Shown one piece after another: positions 39,533 through 53,487 of a stretch of 64,000 nucleotides of DNA. Origin of the DNA: Mobula hypostoma (taxonomy: Eukaryota); contig NC_086108.1 in assembly GCF_963921235.1 (NCBI RefSeq), positions 41,108,001 through 41,172,000 of the forward strand, given 5' to 3'. A program made the position numbers and the translations under genes. Position 1 is the stretch's first letter. Each line of letters starts with the position of its first letter. The notes under the pieces were generated by a model that ran no database searches, was not told where the DNA came from, and saw only the letters and a program-made list of their open reading frames with translations.

Positions 39533-39830
39533 CTGTTTGCCTGTGTTAACTCTGTCTCTCGATCGCTTAGAATTGTGTATTCTAAGTTCTGTTCCCGCGC
39601 TGTTTGCCTGTGTTTAATCAGTCTCTCAACCGCTTAGAATTGTGTATTCTAAGTTCTGTTTCCGCACTGTTTGCCTGTGTTAACCCTGTCTCTCGGCCGC
39701 TTAGAATTATGTATTCTAAATTCTGTTTCTGCGCTGTTTGCCTGTGTTAACTCTGTCTCTCGGCTGCTTAGAATAATGTATTCTAAGTTTTGTTTCCATG
39801 CTGTTGCTTGCCTGTGTTAACTCTGGCTCT
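39533..39830 (+). repeat. 67-bp tandem repeat (about 4.5 copies) inside the 5' LTR
   Basis: Units starting CTGTTTGCCTGTGTT at 39533, 39600, 39667, 39734 and about 39801. Confidence 0.9.
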
Positions 39831-39917
39831 CCGTGTTAACAGGAGCATGGCATGCCGACCACTGTTCTCCCCTTGTCCGCATCCCTGCTCTGCCTCGTCC
39901 TGCCGTCCGTTTACACT

Positions 39918-39985
39918 CTCCACTGGCTCAGTGGTTAAATGCCACATTTTCACCATAGTGACCCGGGTTCGATCCCCGGTCAGCC
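39918..39985 (+). ncRNA. tRNA-Glu-derived cassette in the 5' LTR
   Basis: A box TGGCTCAGTGG, TTTCACC anticodon region, T-arm CCGGGTTCGATCCCCGG. Confidence 0.7.
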
Positions 39986-40214
39986 TCGCTCACTCCTCGG
40001 CTTTCCTCTGCCTAATCCTCGCTCCCCAGCCTTCCCTGCAACCAAAAATAAACACTCTTCTGATCACGCTACCTCCGTGTCAGTGTCCTGCATTTGAGTT
40101 CACCCGTAATCTCCGTGACAGAACGGTCTGGCCAAATTGGACCCAGTGGACACAAACACTATCCTACAAGCCCTCACCATCCAAAGTTCCCTACTGAAAC
40201 CCTGCCCAGAGAGC

Positions 40215-40316
40215 AACTTGAAGAAAGTGACTCAGAGCTCCCAGGTATCAAATGAGAAAATTGTGCAATTACAAAGACCATTAGAAGAAGCCAATGACTT
40301 GTCACAAACTGAATCC
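40215..40316 (+). pseudogene. ROCK1: Captured Rho-kinase coiled-coil fragment
   Basis: [33 protein letters not shown] versus recalled ROCK1 LKKVSQNSQLANEKLSQLQKQLEEANDLLRTES. Confidence 0.82.
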
Positions 40317-40786
<470 letters not shown>

Positions 40787-40789
<3 letters not shown>

Positions 40790-43350
40790 AGACCACCCAA
40801 TAGTCAGTGAGAATTGGAGGAGCAAATCTGCAGAGAGATAGTAGACAACTGCAGGAAACATGAAGTTGTGATAGTAGGGGATTTTAATTTTCCACATATT
40901 GATTGGGACTCCCATACTGTTAAAGGTCTAGACATGTTAGAGTTTGTACAATGTGTTCAGGAAAGTTTTCTAAATCAATATATAGAGGTACCAACTAGAG
41001 AGGATGCAATATTAGATCTCCCATTAGGAAATAAGTTAGGACAGGTGACAGAAGTTTGTGTAGGGGAACGCTTTGGTTCCAGTGATCATAACACCATTAG
41101 TTTCAACTTGATCATGAATAAAGATAGATCTGGTCCTCGGGTGGAGGTTCTAAACTGGAAAAAGGCCAAATTTGAAGAAATAAGAAAGGATCTAAAAAGC
41201 ATGGATTGGGACAGGTTGTTCTCTGGTAAGGATGTGATTGGTAAGTGGGAGGCCTTCAAAGGAGAAATTTTGAGAGTGCTGAGTTTGTATGTTCCTGTCA
41301 GGATTAAAGGCAAAGTGAGTAAGAATAAGGAACCTTGGTTTACGAGGGATATTGTAACTCTGATAAAGAAGAAGAAGAGAGAGAAGTATAACATGTATAG
41401 GAAACAGGGAGCAAATAAGGTGCTTGAGGAATATAAAAAGTGCAAAGCAATTCTTAAGAAGGAAATCAGGAGGGCTAAAATAAGACATAAGGTTGCTTTG
41501 GCAGTCAAGGTGAAGGATAATCCAATGAGCTTCTACAAGTATATTAAGAGCAAAAGGATAGTAAGGGATAAAATTGGTCCTCTTGAAGATCAGAGAGGTC
41601 AGCAATATATGGAACTAAAAGAAATGGGGGAGATCTTAAATAGGTTTTTTGCATCTGTATTTACTAAGGAAACTGGCACAGAGTCAATAGAAATAAGGCA
41701 AACAAGTAGTGAGGTCATGGAACCTATACAAATTGAAGAGGAGGAGGTGCTTGCTATCTTGAGGCAAATCAGAGTAGATAAATCTCCAGGACCTGACAGG
41801 GTATTCCCTCGGACCTTGAAGGAGAATAGTATTGAAATTGCAGGGGCCCTGGCAGATATATTCAAAATGTCGGTATCCACGGGTGAAGTGCCAGAGGATT
41901 GGAGGATAGCTCATTTTGTTTCTTTGTTTAAAAAAGGCTCAAAAAGTAATCTGGAAAATTATAGGCTGGTAAGATTGACATCGGTAGTAGGTAAATTATT
42001 GGAAGGTGTACTAAGAGATAGGATCTACAAGTATTTGGATAGACAGGGACTTACTAGGGAGAGTCAACATGGCTTTGTGCGTGGTAGGTCATGTTTAACT
42101 AATCTATTAGAGTTTTTTGAGGAGGTTACCGGGAAAGTGAATGAAGGGAAGGCAGTGGATGTTGTCTACATGGACTCCAGTAAGGCCTTTGACAAGGTCC
42201 CGCATGGGAGGTTAGGAAGATTCAGTCACTAGGTATACATGGAGAGGGAGTAAACTGGATTAGACATTGGCTCAATGGGAGAAGCCAGAGAGTGGTAGTG
42301 GAGGATTGCTTCTCTGAGTGGAGGCCTGTGACTAGTGGTGTGCCACAGGGATCAGTGCTGGGTCCATTGTTATTTGTCATCTATATCAATGATCTGGATG
42401 TAATGTGGTATATTGGATCAACAAATTTGCTGATGATACAAGGGTTGGAGGTGTAGTGGACAGTGAGGAAGGTTTTCAAAGCTTGCAGAGGGATTTGGAC
42501 CAGCTGGAAAAATGGGCTGAAAAATGGCAGATGGAGTTTAATACAGACAAGTATAAGGTTTTGCACTTTGGAAGGACAAACCAAGGTACAACATACAAGG
42601 TAAATGGTAGGGCATTGGGAGTGCAGTAGAACAGAGGGATCTGGGAATACAGATACAAAATTCCCTAAAAGTGGCATCACAGGTAGATAGGGTTGTAAAG
42701 AGAGCTTTTGGTACATTGGTCTTTATAAATCAAAGTATTGAGTATAAGAGTTGGAATGTTATGGTGAGGTTGTATAAGGCATTGGTGAGGCCGAATTTGG
42801 AGTATTGTGTGCAGTTTTGTTCACCTAATTACAGGAAGGATATTAATAATGTTGAAAGAGTGCAGAGAAGATTGACAAGGATGTTGCCGGGACTTGAGAA
42901 ACTGAGTTACAGAGAACAGTTGAATAGGTTAGGACTTTATTTCCTGGAGCATAGAAGAATGAGGGGAGATTTGATAGAGGTATATAAAATTATGATGGGT
43001 ATAGATAGAGTGAATGCAAGCAGGCTTTTTCCACTGCGACTAGGGGAGAAAAAAACCAGAGGGCATGGGTTAAGAGTGAAGGAGGAAAAGTTTAAAGGGA
43101 ACATTAGGGTGGGCTTCTTCACACAGACAGTGCTGGGAGAGTGGAATGAGCTGCCAGATAAAGTGGTAAATGCGGGCTCACTTTTAACATTTAAGAAAAA
43201 CCTGGACAGGTACATGGATGAGAGGTGTATGGAGGGATATGGTCCAGGTGCAGGTCAGTGGGACTACACAGAAATATGGTTCGGCACAGCCAAGAAGGGC
43301 CAAAAGGTCTGTTTCTGTGCTGTAATGTTTCTATGGTTTCTAAGGTTTCT
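40787..43350 (+). mobile_element. 5'-truncated CR1 LINE inserted into the CUL1 fragment
   Basis: ORFs 40814-42232 and 42671-43366 with a TTTCTATGG-type tail. CUL1 codons resume at 43351 (QVF|IEKHL). Confidence 0.95.
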
Positions 43351-43833
<483 letters not shown>

Positions 43834-45030
43834 GCCATACCAGTTCAAGCACCAGAGGACGAAAGTCGAACACAATCACGAGAAAAGACTACAGAGGTTG
43901 AAGATAAAGCAAGAAACCTGACCAGTGATGTAAGCAGCCAGAACAAACCAACCACTCGTGCAGCTGAGAAAGTAAGCAGTCCTGAGCACTTGTCTGTAAT
44001 TGAGTGTTACATGTCAATTTTTTTAAATTAACCGTAAGCATCATTTAGGTGCACCTGAAAGAGGCGGGTCGATGACGTCATTATAACAAATGCACGGATG
44101 CTTTTTCTATTTGATTCAAGAGGTTTCTGGAAAGATTCGTCAGTTAAACGATTCAACAGACTATGAGCTACCAGCAAGGGAGTGAATTGAGTTGAATGAG
44201 TTGAATGAGTTGAAAAGTTCACTACAGCAGTGGGCAGACCCAATATTTCTCCGTGTCGGAAGATTGTGATAATTTGCGGCACACAGTGCATATTGGGTAA
44301 GTGACTGTCAGTTTGTATGATCCATAGTTGGATTTCTGGAGTATTCTGTGGCGACCACTTTTTGTTAACCTTATCATGGATTCGGGTGTGTTACGTGGCG
44401 ACCACTTGTGTTAAGGTTTATTCCGTGACTGTCAACTTGTGATATCCCTACATGGATTTTGGAACTTAAGCGTCACCTTGTTATCCCTGCATGGACTCTA
44501 GTATTTAAGTGATGACCACTCGCCTTCTGGAATCTTCTGTGACTGTCACCTTGGGTCACCAAATGTGGATTTATGAACCCTACCTCACAGACACCTGTAC
44601 CTGTTCCCGTGGACTTCAGAACCTTCTGGATTGCCATTCTAGGGCTCTGTTTAAATTGTCTATATTTTGGGTTGAGTAAGACTTGGGAAGAATTGTTTCC
44701 AGACCTCCACAGTTTGTGAGCTAAGATGCACTGCACTGTTAATTTTGGTTAGGGGAGTAATTGTTTTAATTGACTATTAAATTGAAAATATAGATGTTTA
44801 ACATAAAAAAATCTGTGTCTGTGGTCTATTGCTGTTGGCACGTAACACTGAGCAAGAAAAACGTTCACTGACTTCAACAAAAGAGAAACCAACAACTGAT
44901 TTAAATTCGGGAAAATTTCCAGCACCAGTATCAGGTACAAGATCAAGAAATCAATCAATCCTGTGATTAAAAAAAAAAGGCGTAAAAGAGAAGCAAGTCC
45001 AGAATGCAAAAGATGATAACATAAAATTCA
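43834..45030 (+). pseudogene. Unidentified S/T/E/K-rich coding-like cargo, split by a solo LTR
   Basis: Open frame [18 protein letters not shown]...EHLSVIE continues as QEKRSLTSTKEKPTTDLNSGKFPAPVSGTRSRNQSIL once 44005-44852 is removed. Confidence 0.55.
44005..44847 (+). mobile_element. Solo LTR of a different family
   Basis: TGTTACATG...CACGTAACA inverted termini with flanks TTGAG/CTGAG (5-bp TSD, one mismatch). Strand inferred from an ATAAA-like signal near the right end. Confidence 0.8.
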
Positions 45031-45206
45031 AGCTACCCAGACCCAGGTGCATTCATCCTACGATCCACGTCTCCCAACTGAAACCTGTGTCTGTCAGCCC
45101 ATTGTGCCTTCCTGCCGAACCCCCCCCCCCACCCGCCTGGGTCGTCGACAATCCGGGCAAGCCCGGTGATTCGCCTGGAGGTTCCCGTTGGGGGGCAGGG
45201 GAATAC

Positions 45207-45997
45207 CGTAATGGTGCCGACCAGTAATTCCTCTTGTTCTCCTAATTCCCTTTTCCCTGTGTTCTTCTGGGCTCCTTGATTGCAGTACCTGATTCTCATC
45301 TAAACCTGCAGCATAAAAACCCCGGCTTTGCATTCACTCGTTGTTTCAGCCAGCATGGTAATTCACGTTCCTGGCCACTTAGGACGGTGTATTCTAAGTT
45401 TTACTTCAGTACTGAGGTTTACCTGTGTAACTCTGTCTCTCCGTGTCAAGATAAGGATTGCCTGCCATTTGCCTTTCCATTTGCCGCTCCGTGTCAAGGT
45501 AAGTGTTGCCTGCCGCCTGTCTCCTGTTTGCCGTTCAGCTCCAGCAACGCCCTGTGTCAAGAAAAGTTTTGCCTGCCTCCTGCTCTTCCATTCATCTGCG
45601 TTGTTTGCATGTGTTAACCCTGTCTCTCGGCCGTGTATTCTAAGTTCTGTTTCCACGCTGTTGTTTGCCTGTATTAACTCTGTCTCTCCGTGTTAACAGG
45701 AGCATGGCATGCCGCCCGCCATTCTCCCCCAGCCACGCTCATCCCCTTGTCCGCATCCCTGCTCTGTTTCGTCCCACCGTCCATCTACACTCTCCGCTGG
45801 CTCAGTGGTTAGACGTCGCGTTCTCACCGTAGTGACCCGGGTTCGATCCCCGGTCCAGCCTTGCTCACACCTCGGCTTTCCTCTGCCTAATCCTCGGTCT
45901 CCCCGACCTTCCCTGCAGCCATTATTAAACACTCTTCTGATCACGCTACCTCCGTGTCAGTGTCCTGCGTTTGGGTTCACCCGTTCTCTCCGCGACA
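45207..45997 (+). repeat. 3' LTR
   Basis: CGTAATGG...CCGCGACA, collinear with 39083-40120 but with fewer internal repeats. Confidence 0.92.
45792..45860 (+). ncRNA. tRNA-Glu-derived cassette in the 3' LTR
   Basis: TGGCTCAGTGGTTAGACGTCGCGTTCTCACCGTAGTGACCCGGGTTCGATCCCCGGTC resembles vertebrate tRNA-Glu(CTC). Confidence 0.72.
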
Positions 45998-48900
45998 TTA
46001 TTATTGAATGGTCTTGATAACTGGGAAAAAAATTATACCGAGGATAGCAATGAGAATCTTATAAACATGCAGAACAGCAGCAAAAAACAGGTTAAGTTCA
46101 GAATCTTCCAACAGCAGCAGAGATGTGGATTGGAAGTAAGTCATCCTTGATGTTATAGGGTGGGTGGTGATGAAGGGGAGGAGGAGGAGGAAGAAGAAGA
46201 TTACCATCACCATGATCACCAAGGAAAGGACAAGGAAACTTGAGCCTGCTAAACCTAACACTAATAACAGATATCTCATTCAATTAAGGATTCCCTGCTT
46301 AACGTGAAGTGTCTACACCATTTCCCAAAGTAGGGTATTTTCCCTTCAAAGATCGTGCGTTGCCTATGAATGAAATGTATTCCTGAGACTTTGTAACATG
46401 TTTGTATGCTGCAGATAAGATTTTGCATTTGTATCCATGTTGCCATTTGGTGTATCAGGTGGATCGTTTTGTTAGTCCAGCGCCAACTCATGTAAATTAA
46501 ATTAATTTTGTGGGATACCACTGTTTCATCATACATTATAGGCACAAGAATGCATCCTATAGACGAAATGCTAAGTTCCTTTCACTTCTTAATTTCAGAC
46601 AAATTAAGTTGTGTTTATGCTTATTAGCTGCATCCGGGGATATCTTAACTTTCAGAATGCTGTATTTCACCATCACCTTCTTAAGAGCACTTCTTAAGGA
46701 CAATAAATGATAGTCACACAAGTGATGCCACATACCATCCAAGAATAGAGGAGGGATTTTACTACATTCACATAGCTCCAGACTGGTTTCCATTATCCAA
46801 ACAAATGGACTGTGCTTTTTATTGGGATTTTTTGCTTTGAGTATTCACGCCACACAAAATGTGGCAGGTTCAGTCCTTAATTATCTTTAGTCTATTCCTT
46901 ACTCAGCATGACCTTCCTTCTTCACTTGGTGCTAGCTTCCTAGAAAATGAACTTGATGGGCATATGGGGCACTGAGGGATTCTACCTCTGCCTTCCCTTC
47001 CTTGATGAGGAGTATTTCAGCAACAGTGAAAAAGCCCGCTTTTACTTTCTAAGCCATTTTAACTTCAAATACCCTAGCAAAATGCAAATTGCTGCAAAGT
47101 GTCAAGATTTTCTTCAGCAAATGGTGTTGAACTCATTGTCAGGTAAGGACAGTGAAGTGGGAAGGGTGAAAGGGTTCAACAGAAAATTGACTTGTTTTTG
47201 GAGAAAAAGGAGATTAAAGGGTACCTTGAGAAAGTATGTCTTTGACAATAATCTATTTCATGTCTCTTTCCTGTTCCTGAAATTACTGGTGCTCCAATTT
47301 GTGAGATGGAAGGATGGTCTTTTGTCCTGAGCAGACAAATGGAAGACCGTACCTTACAATGGAGGTATTGCTCCTTCCTAGAGAGGGAATCTAATAGATA
47401 GGTCATCACAAGCAAGAATGCAATAGAACAAGAGAAAGAGATACAGACATCAGGGTGGCCAGCTTTGTTGCCACTGACTGAACAAAGTGATTGATGATTA
47501 ATTGTTTTCAGAGAATAAAAATGAAATAGTAATGGGTAAATTACGAAATCAAACTCCATGTCTGTTCAGTGGCAAGTACACTGAAGGGTTGATGAACATA
47601 ATTATATTGTAAAGAAGAATGTTTGCATGTAAATTTTCCTCAAGTCCTTTGTGTTGATGATCCCTCACTTTCCTATAATTATTCTGGATAATTGTTTAAA
47701 GAAAAATAGTTTAATAGCAAAACAAACACAAATACTTCTAATCAGTGCTTAACTTTCATTCCTTACTTATTGTGTGTTGTGGTGAACTACACACAGTAAA
47801 TAATGGGTTGTCCTGACTAGTACATGACAAGTTGATTTAACCTGAATATACCTTGAGTAGGAGTATGGGTATAAAATCCCATAAAGGTAAAATATATCCA
47901 TGGGAAACTAAAGCAGGTTAAGGAATGAGTGATCTGGAAAAGCACTTGGCTCCATAGTTACAGGGAATAAAAAGCTTTGCCTTGCTGGAAAAATCTGTTG
48001 TGAGGAACAAATCATTAAAACCACAGTAGAAAACAATTGTATTTTCAAAAATGACAAATAGCTTACATTGGTTAATGGGCCACTGTAAATTGTCTGTGGT
48101 GTGCAGTGAAGTATTAATATATGGAGAAAGTTGAAGGAATGTAAGAAGAATAAAGTAGGATGAGTTTAAAATTAATGTAAGTGAGTGCTTCATGGTCAGC
48201 GTTGACTTGGGCTAAGTATTTATTTTTATGCTCTATGACTCTATGGTTCTAAACAATTATCCCCAGTAGTAGCCTGAAGCCCTCTATAGAACTTTAGTTT
48301 CTACATTGCCTTTGAGGTTCACTCCACTAACGTCAACAGTAAGTTCATAATAATGCATTGACAAACGGTTTGGAGCTGGTGAAATGGAGAGGGAATGGCG
48401 ATCAAATTAATATTATGCAAATGCTGAACTAATTGAATGGAATTTGTGAAGAACAGCTTATGAAAGATGTGTCACTTTTGAGGTGAGTCTTGATCTGTGA
48501 GCTTAGATATAAGCAAAGCAAAAAATGCCAATTTGGATTGCAACTGAATGCTTCTACACAAGGCTCTTAGGCTTCCTGTCTGCTTTCATTATTGCTAAAA
48601 TTGTCATTTCACCTTGTGAATACCAGACAGATAAATGCACACATTATTTATCCAGAGAAGAATGTGAGAATGAGTGAGTTAACCTTGGATAAACCTTCTG
48701 CTGTACAAAACATTGTATTCATAGCGGTTCAGGCAATCAAATTTATTTCAATACATGGTACACCTTTCTAACATGTGGTAGAAGAGCTTAAAAAGCCTTT
48801 CTTCTGTCTGCTCAAACCTTTGGATTTAATGGAACATTATGGAAAGTATTACCCATCTTGTTGATTTCTAAAGAAATTTTTTGAATGTATTACATCCTGT

Positions 48901-49390
48901 AATTTAATTTTTCCATGTTATGTAATTTGTGCCAATTAGATAGACACCATTGATCCTACTAAGATTTATTGTAGGAAGTGTCAAATGTTTGAAATTTGTA
49001 AATAACGTAAGTTTTTATGATGTTGAAGAATCAAGGTTTTGGTAGGATGGCCTACCTTTCTTTTTACTGTGTTCTGAAAGTGTTTCTCAAAGAACATGGG
49101 TCTAAGGTGGTTGGTGAAAGAAGCAGAAATAAGAGGAAGAAAGGTATTTCTTTACGCACTGACCACTGATCAGCAAGGCCTAGATAGAGTGGATGTGGAA
49201 AGGAGTAGGGGAGTCTAGCACCAGAGGGATGTCCATTTATAATGAAGATGAGGAGGAACTTCTTTATCCAGGTGATGGTGAATCTGTGGAAATCATTGCC
49301 ACAGGCAGCTGCAGAGGCCAGGTCATTGGATGTATTTAAATCAGAGGCTGATAGAGTCTTAATAAGTCAGGGCATGAAAGGTTACGGGGA

Positions 49391-52195
49391 GAAACATAGA
49401 AACATAGAAACATAGAAACATAGAAAATAGGTGCAGGAGTAGGCCATTCGGCCCTTCGAGCCTGCACCGCCATTTATTATGATCATGGCTGATCATCCAA
49501 CTCAGAACCCTGCACCAGCCTTCCCTCCATACCCCCTGATCCCCGTAGCCACAAGGGCCATATCTAACTCCCTCTTAAATATAGCCAATGAACCGGCCTC
49601 AACTGTTTCCTGTGGCAGAGAATTCCACAGATTCACCACTCTCTGTGTGAAGAAGTTTTTCCTAATCTCAGTCCTAAAAGGCTTCCCCTTTATCCTCAAA
49701 CTGTGACCCCTCGTTCTGGACTTCCCCAACATCGGGAACAATCTTCCTTCATCTACCCTGTCCAATCTCTTTAGGATTTTATACGTTTCAATCAGATCCC
49801 CACTCAATCTTCTAAATTCCAACGAGTACAAGCCTAGTTCATCCAGTCTTTCTTCATATGGAGGTCCTGCCATCCCAGGAATCAATCTGGTGAACCTTCT
49901 TTGTACTCCCTCTATGGCAAGGATGTCTTTCCTCAGATTAGGGGACCAAAACTGCACACAATACTCCAGGTGTGGTCTCACCAAGGCCTTGTACAACTGC
50001 AGTAGTACCTCCCTGCTCCTGTACTCGAATCCTCTCGCTATAAATGCCAGCATACCATTCGCCTTTTTCACCGCCTGCTGTACCTGCATGCCCACTTTCA
50101 ATGACTGGTGTATAATGACACCCAGGTCTTGTTGCACTTCCCCTTTTCCTAATCGGCCACCATTCAGATAATAATCTGTTTTCCTATTTTTGCCACCAAA
50201 GTGGATAACTTCACATTTATCCACATTAAATTGCATCTGCCATGAATTTGCCCACTCACCCAACCTATCCAAGTCACCCTGCATCCTCTTAGCATCCTCC
50301 TCACAGCTAACACTGCCACCCAGCTTTGTGTCATCCGCAAACTTGGAGATGCTGCATTTAATTCCTTCATCCAAGTCATTAATATATATTGTAAACACCT
50401 GGGGTCCCAGCACTGAGCCTTGCGGTACCCCACTAGTCACCGCCTGCCATTCTGAAAAGGTCCCGTTTATTCCCACTCTTTGCTTCCTGTCTGCTAACCA
50501 ATTCTCTATCCACATCAATACCTTACCCCCAATACCGTGTGCTTTAAGTTTGCACACTAATCTCCTGTGTGGGACCTTGTCAAAAGCCTTCTGAAAATCC
50601 AAATATACCACATCCACTGGTTCTCCCCTATCCACTCTACTGGCTACATCCTCAAAAAATTCTATGAAATTTGTCAGACATGATTTTCCTTTCACAAATC
50701 CATGCTGACTTTGTCCGATGGTTTCACCGTTTTCCAAATGTGCTGTTATCACATCTTTGATAACTGACTCCAGCAGTTTCCCCACCACCGACATTAGGCT
50801 AACCGGTCTATAATTCCCTGGTTTCTCTCTCCCACCTTTTTTAAAAAGTGGGGTTACATTAACCACCCTCCAATCCTCAGGAACTAGTCCAGAATCTAAC
50901 GAGTTTTGAAAAATTATCACTAATGCATCCACTATTTCTTGGGCTACTTCCTTAAGCACTCTGGGATGCAGACCATCTGGCCCTGGGGATTTATCTGCCT
51001 TTAATCCCTTCAATTTACCTAACACCACTTCCCTACTAACGTATTTCGCTCAGTTCCTCCATCTCACTGGACCCTCTGTCCCCTACTATTTCCGGAAGAT
51101 TATTTATGTCCTCCTTAGTGAAGACAGAACCAAAGTAATTATTCAATTGGTCTGCCATGTCCCTGCTCCCCATAATCAATTCACCTTTTTCTGTCTGTAG
51201 GGGACCTACATTTGTCTTTACCAGTCTTTTCCTTTTTTACATATCTATAAAAGCTTTTACAGTCCGTTTTTATGTTCCCTGCCAGTTTTCTCTCATAATC
51301 TTTTTTCCCCTTCCTAATTAAGCCCTTTGTCCTCCTCTGCTGAACTCTGAATTTCTCCCAGTCCTCAGGTGAGCCACTTTTTCTGGCTAATTTGTATGCT
51401 TCTTCTTTGGAATTGATACTATCCCCAATTTCTCTTGTCAGCCACAGGTGCACTACCTTCCTTGATTTATTCTTTTGCCAAACTGGGATGAACAATTGTT
51501 GTAGTTCATCCATGCAATCTTTAAATGCTTGCCATTGCATATCCACCGTCAATCCTTTAAATGTCATTTGCCAGTCTATCTTAGCTAATTCACGACTTAT
51601 ACCTTCAAAGTTACCCCTCTTTAAGTTCAGAACCTTTGTTTCTGAATTAACTATGTCACTCTCCATCTTAATGAAGAATTCCACCATATTATGGTCACTC
51701 TTACCCAAGAGGCATCTCACGACAATATTGCTAATTAACCCTTCCTCATTGCTCAAAACCCCGTCTAGAATAGCCTGCTCTCTAGTTGGTTCCTCGACAT
51801 GTTGGTTCAAAAAACCATCCCGCTTACATTCCAAGAAATCCTCTTCCTCAGCACCTTTACCAATTTGGTTCACCCAATCTACATGTAGATTGAAGTCACC
51901 CATTATAACTGCTGTTCCTTTATTGCACACATTTCTAATTTCCTGTTTAATACCATCTCCGACCTCACTACTACTGTTAGGTGGCCTGTACACAACTCCC
52001 ACCAGGGTTTTCTGCCCCTTAGTGTTATGCAGCTCTACCCATATCGATTCCACATCTTCCCGGTTTATGTCCTTCCTTTCTATTGCGTTAATCTCATCTT
52101 TAACCAGCAACGCCACCCCACCTCCTTTTCTTTCATGTCTATCCTTCCTGAATATTGAATATCCCTGAACGTTGAGCTCTCATCCTTGGTCACCC
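49391..52195 (-). mobile_element. Young CR1 ORF2, nested in an older CR1 3' end (49180-49392 plus 52197-52295)
   Basis: ORFs 51181-52116 (endonuclease) and 49502-51028 (508-aa RT). (TTTCTATG)4 tail at 49391-49425. Confidence 0.95.
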
Positions 52196-53487
52196 TAAGC
52201 AGGAGAAGGGAGTTGAGAGGGAAATGGACCAGCCACAATCAAATGGCAGAGCAGACCTGATGTGCCAAATGCCTAATTCTGTTCCTAGGTCTTATGGACC
52301 AACTATAATTTAGAACAATAATCTCACTGCCTGTGAGAGTCGTGGGTGCAGATTCAACTGCAGCTTTCAAAATGGAAACTGAGCACAGGAGAATAAAATT
52401 GCTGAGACATGGGGAAAAGTTTTGAATGAGACTATCTGGGTGGTGCTTCAAAAGAGCTGCTGCTTATTCAGTGAGCAGACTGTTTTCCTTCTCTGGTCAC
52501 TGTAGGAATGGGTGAAACTTGATTAAATTGCTCACTCATTCCGACAGTCCTTGCCTGCTGTCTCAGACATTCATGAGCATGAGTGTCTTCTTGACAGGGT
52601 ATAGTTGATGTAATAAGGGATTAACCTTTACTTGACCCAGATGCAGGTCACATCTGTCAGCTTCTTAAATGAAGTTAATGTCACTTCTGAAGAGTGCTGG
52701 AAGCTTTCTTGTTAGTAACTGATAGCCTGTCTTGAACGGAGCATTCTGAACAGTCAGTCCACCTGCAATACCAAAGGTTTGATACAGCTTAAGTTGCCCA
52801 GATGTTGGCGAGTGCCAAGTTGGGACAGGAAGACCGGAGCAGTAATATCATTGTAAGATCGGCTGAATTACTAAGTTGTTGTACTGAAGTCAAGAGTAGT
52901 ATAAAAACCATTTCAATAGCATAAGTGTTACATAAGTACTAAACAGATGAAACACCAAGATGCTGTACATCACTTGTTTGGTTGTAAATGAGTATTGGTA
53001 TTCACATTATAAGTACCATGGGACATTCAACTTCTGGGAGTTCACTGGCAGCAAAAAACGACATGCCTTTTCTGCCAATTATAATAATGGTTGGACTTAA
53101 ATGGAAGGGATGTCTTGAGATCAAGAAGGGACATTGTTACAAATATCAGTGTCACCTGAGACTTGTAGAAGCATTGATGAAACTGAAAATGCTTGAAATA
53201 TCCAGCAGGCCAGACAGCACCTGTAGAGGAACTGAGAGAGAAGGATCCAGAAACAGAATTAATGATTCAGGTAAATAACATTTAATCAGAACAGTTCTGA
53301 TGCTGGACATTTCCTCATTCATAATTAATAGCTTGCCCTAAACAAAGAACTCCAAATGTTCCGTATTTCAGACTTCCAGCTTCTGTTTTTTTCACATTTT
53401 GACTGACAGAGGTGAGTCGGGGATGGAGGAAGGGTGGGAAATCTTGAGATCAAAGAAAAGTGACAGAGGCAACAGTGACTAATTTCT

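Larger units (their letters stand above)
39083..40120 (+). repeat. 5' LTR
   Basis: TGTCACGG...CCGTGACA inverted termini, TATA-like CATAAAAA at about 39188, AATAAA at about 40047. Homologous to 45207-45997. Confidence 0.92.

Noticed and set aside
39533..39830. CRISPR-like array
   Set aside because: The units are complete tandem copies with no unique spacers, in a eukaryotic LTR context.
46003..46290. Acidic/His-rich coding-like stretch after the 3' LTR
   Set aside because: It is explained by GGA/GAA/CAT microsatellite-like sequence, has stops and lies outside the TSD.
51392..52168. Long antisense ORFs (258 aa here, also 32828-33556 and 4655-5254)
   Set aside because: These are shadow ORFs on the opposite strand of LINE coding sequence.
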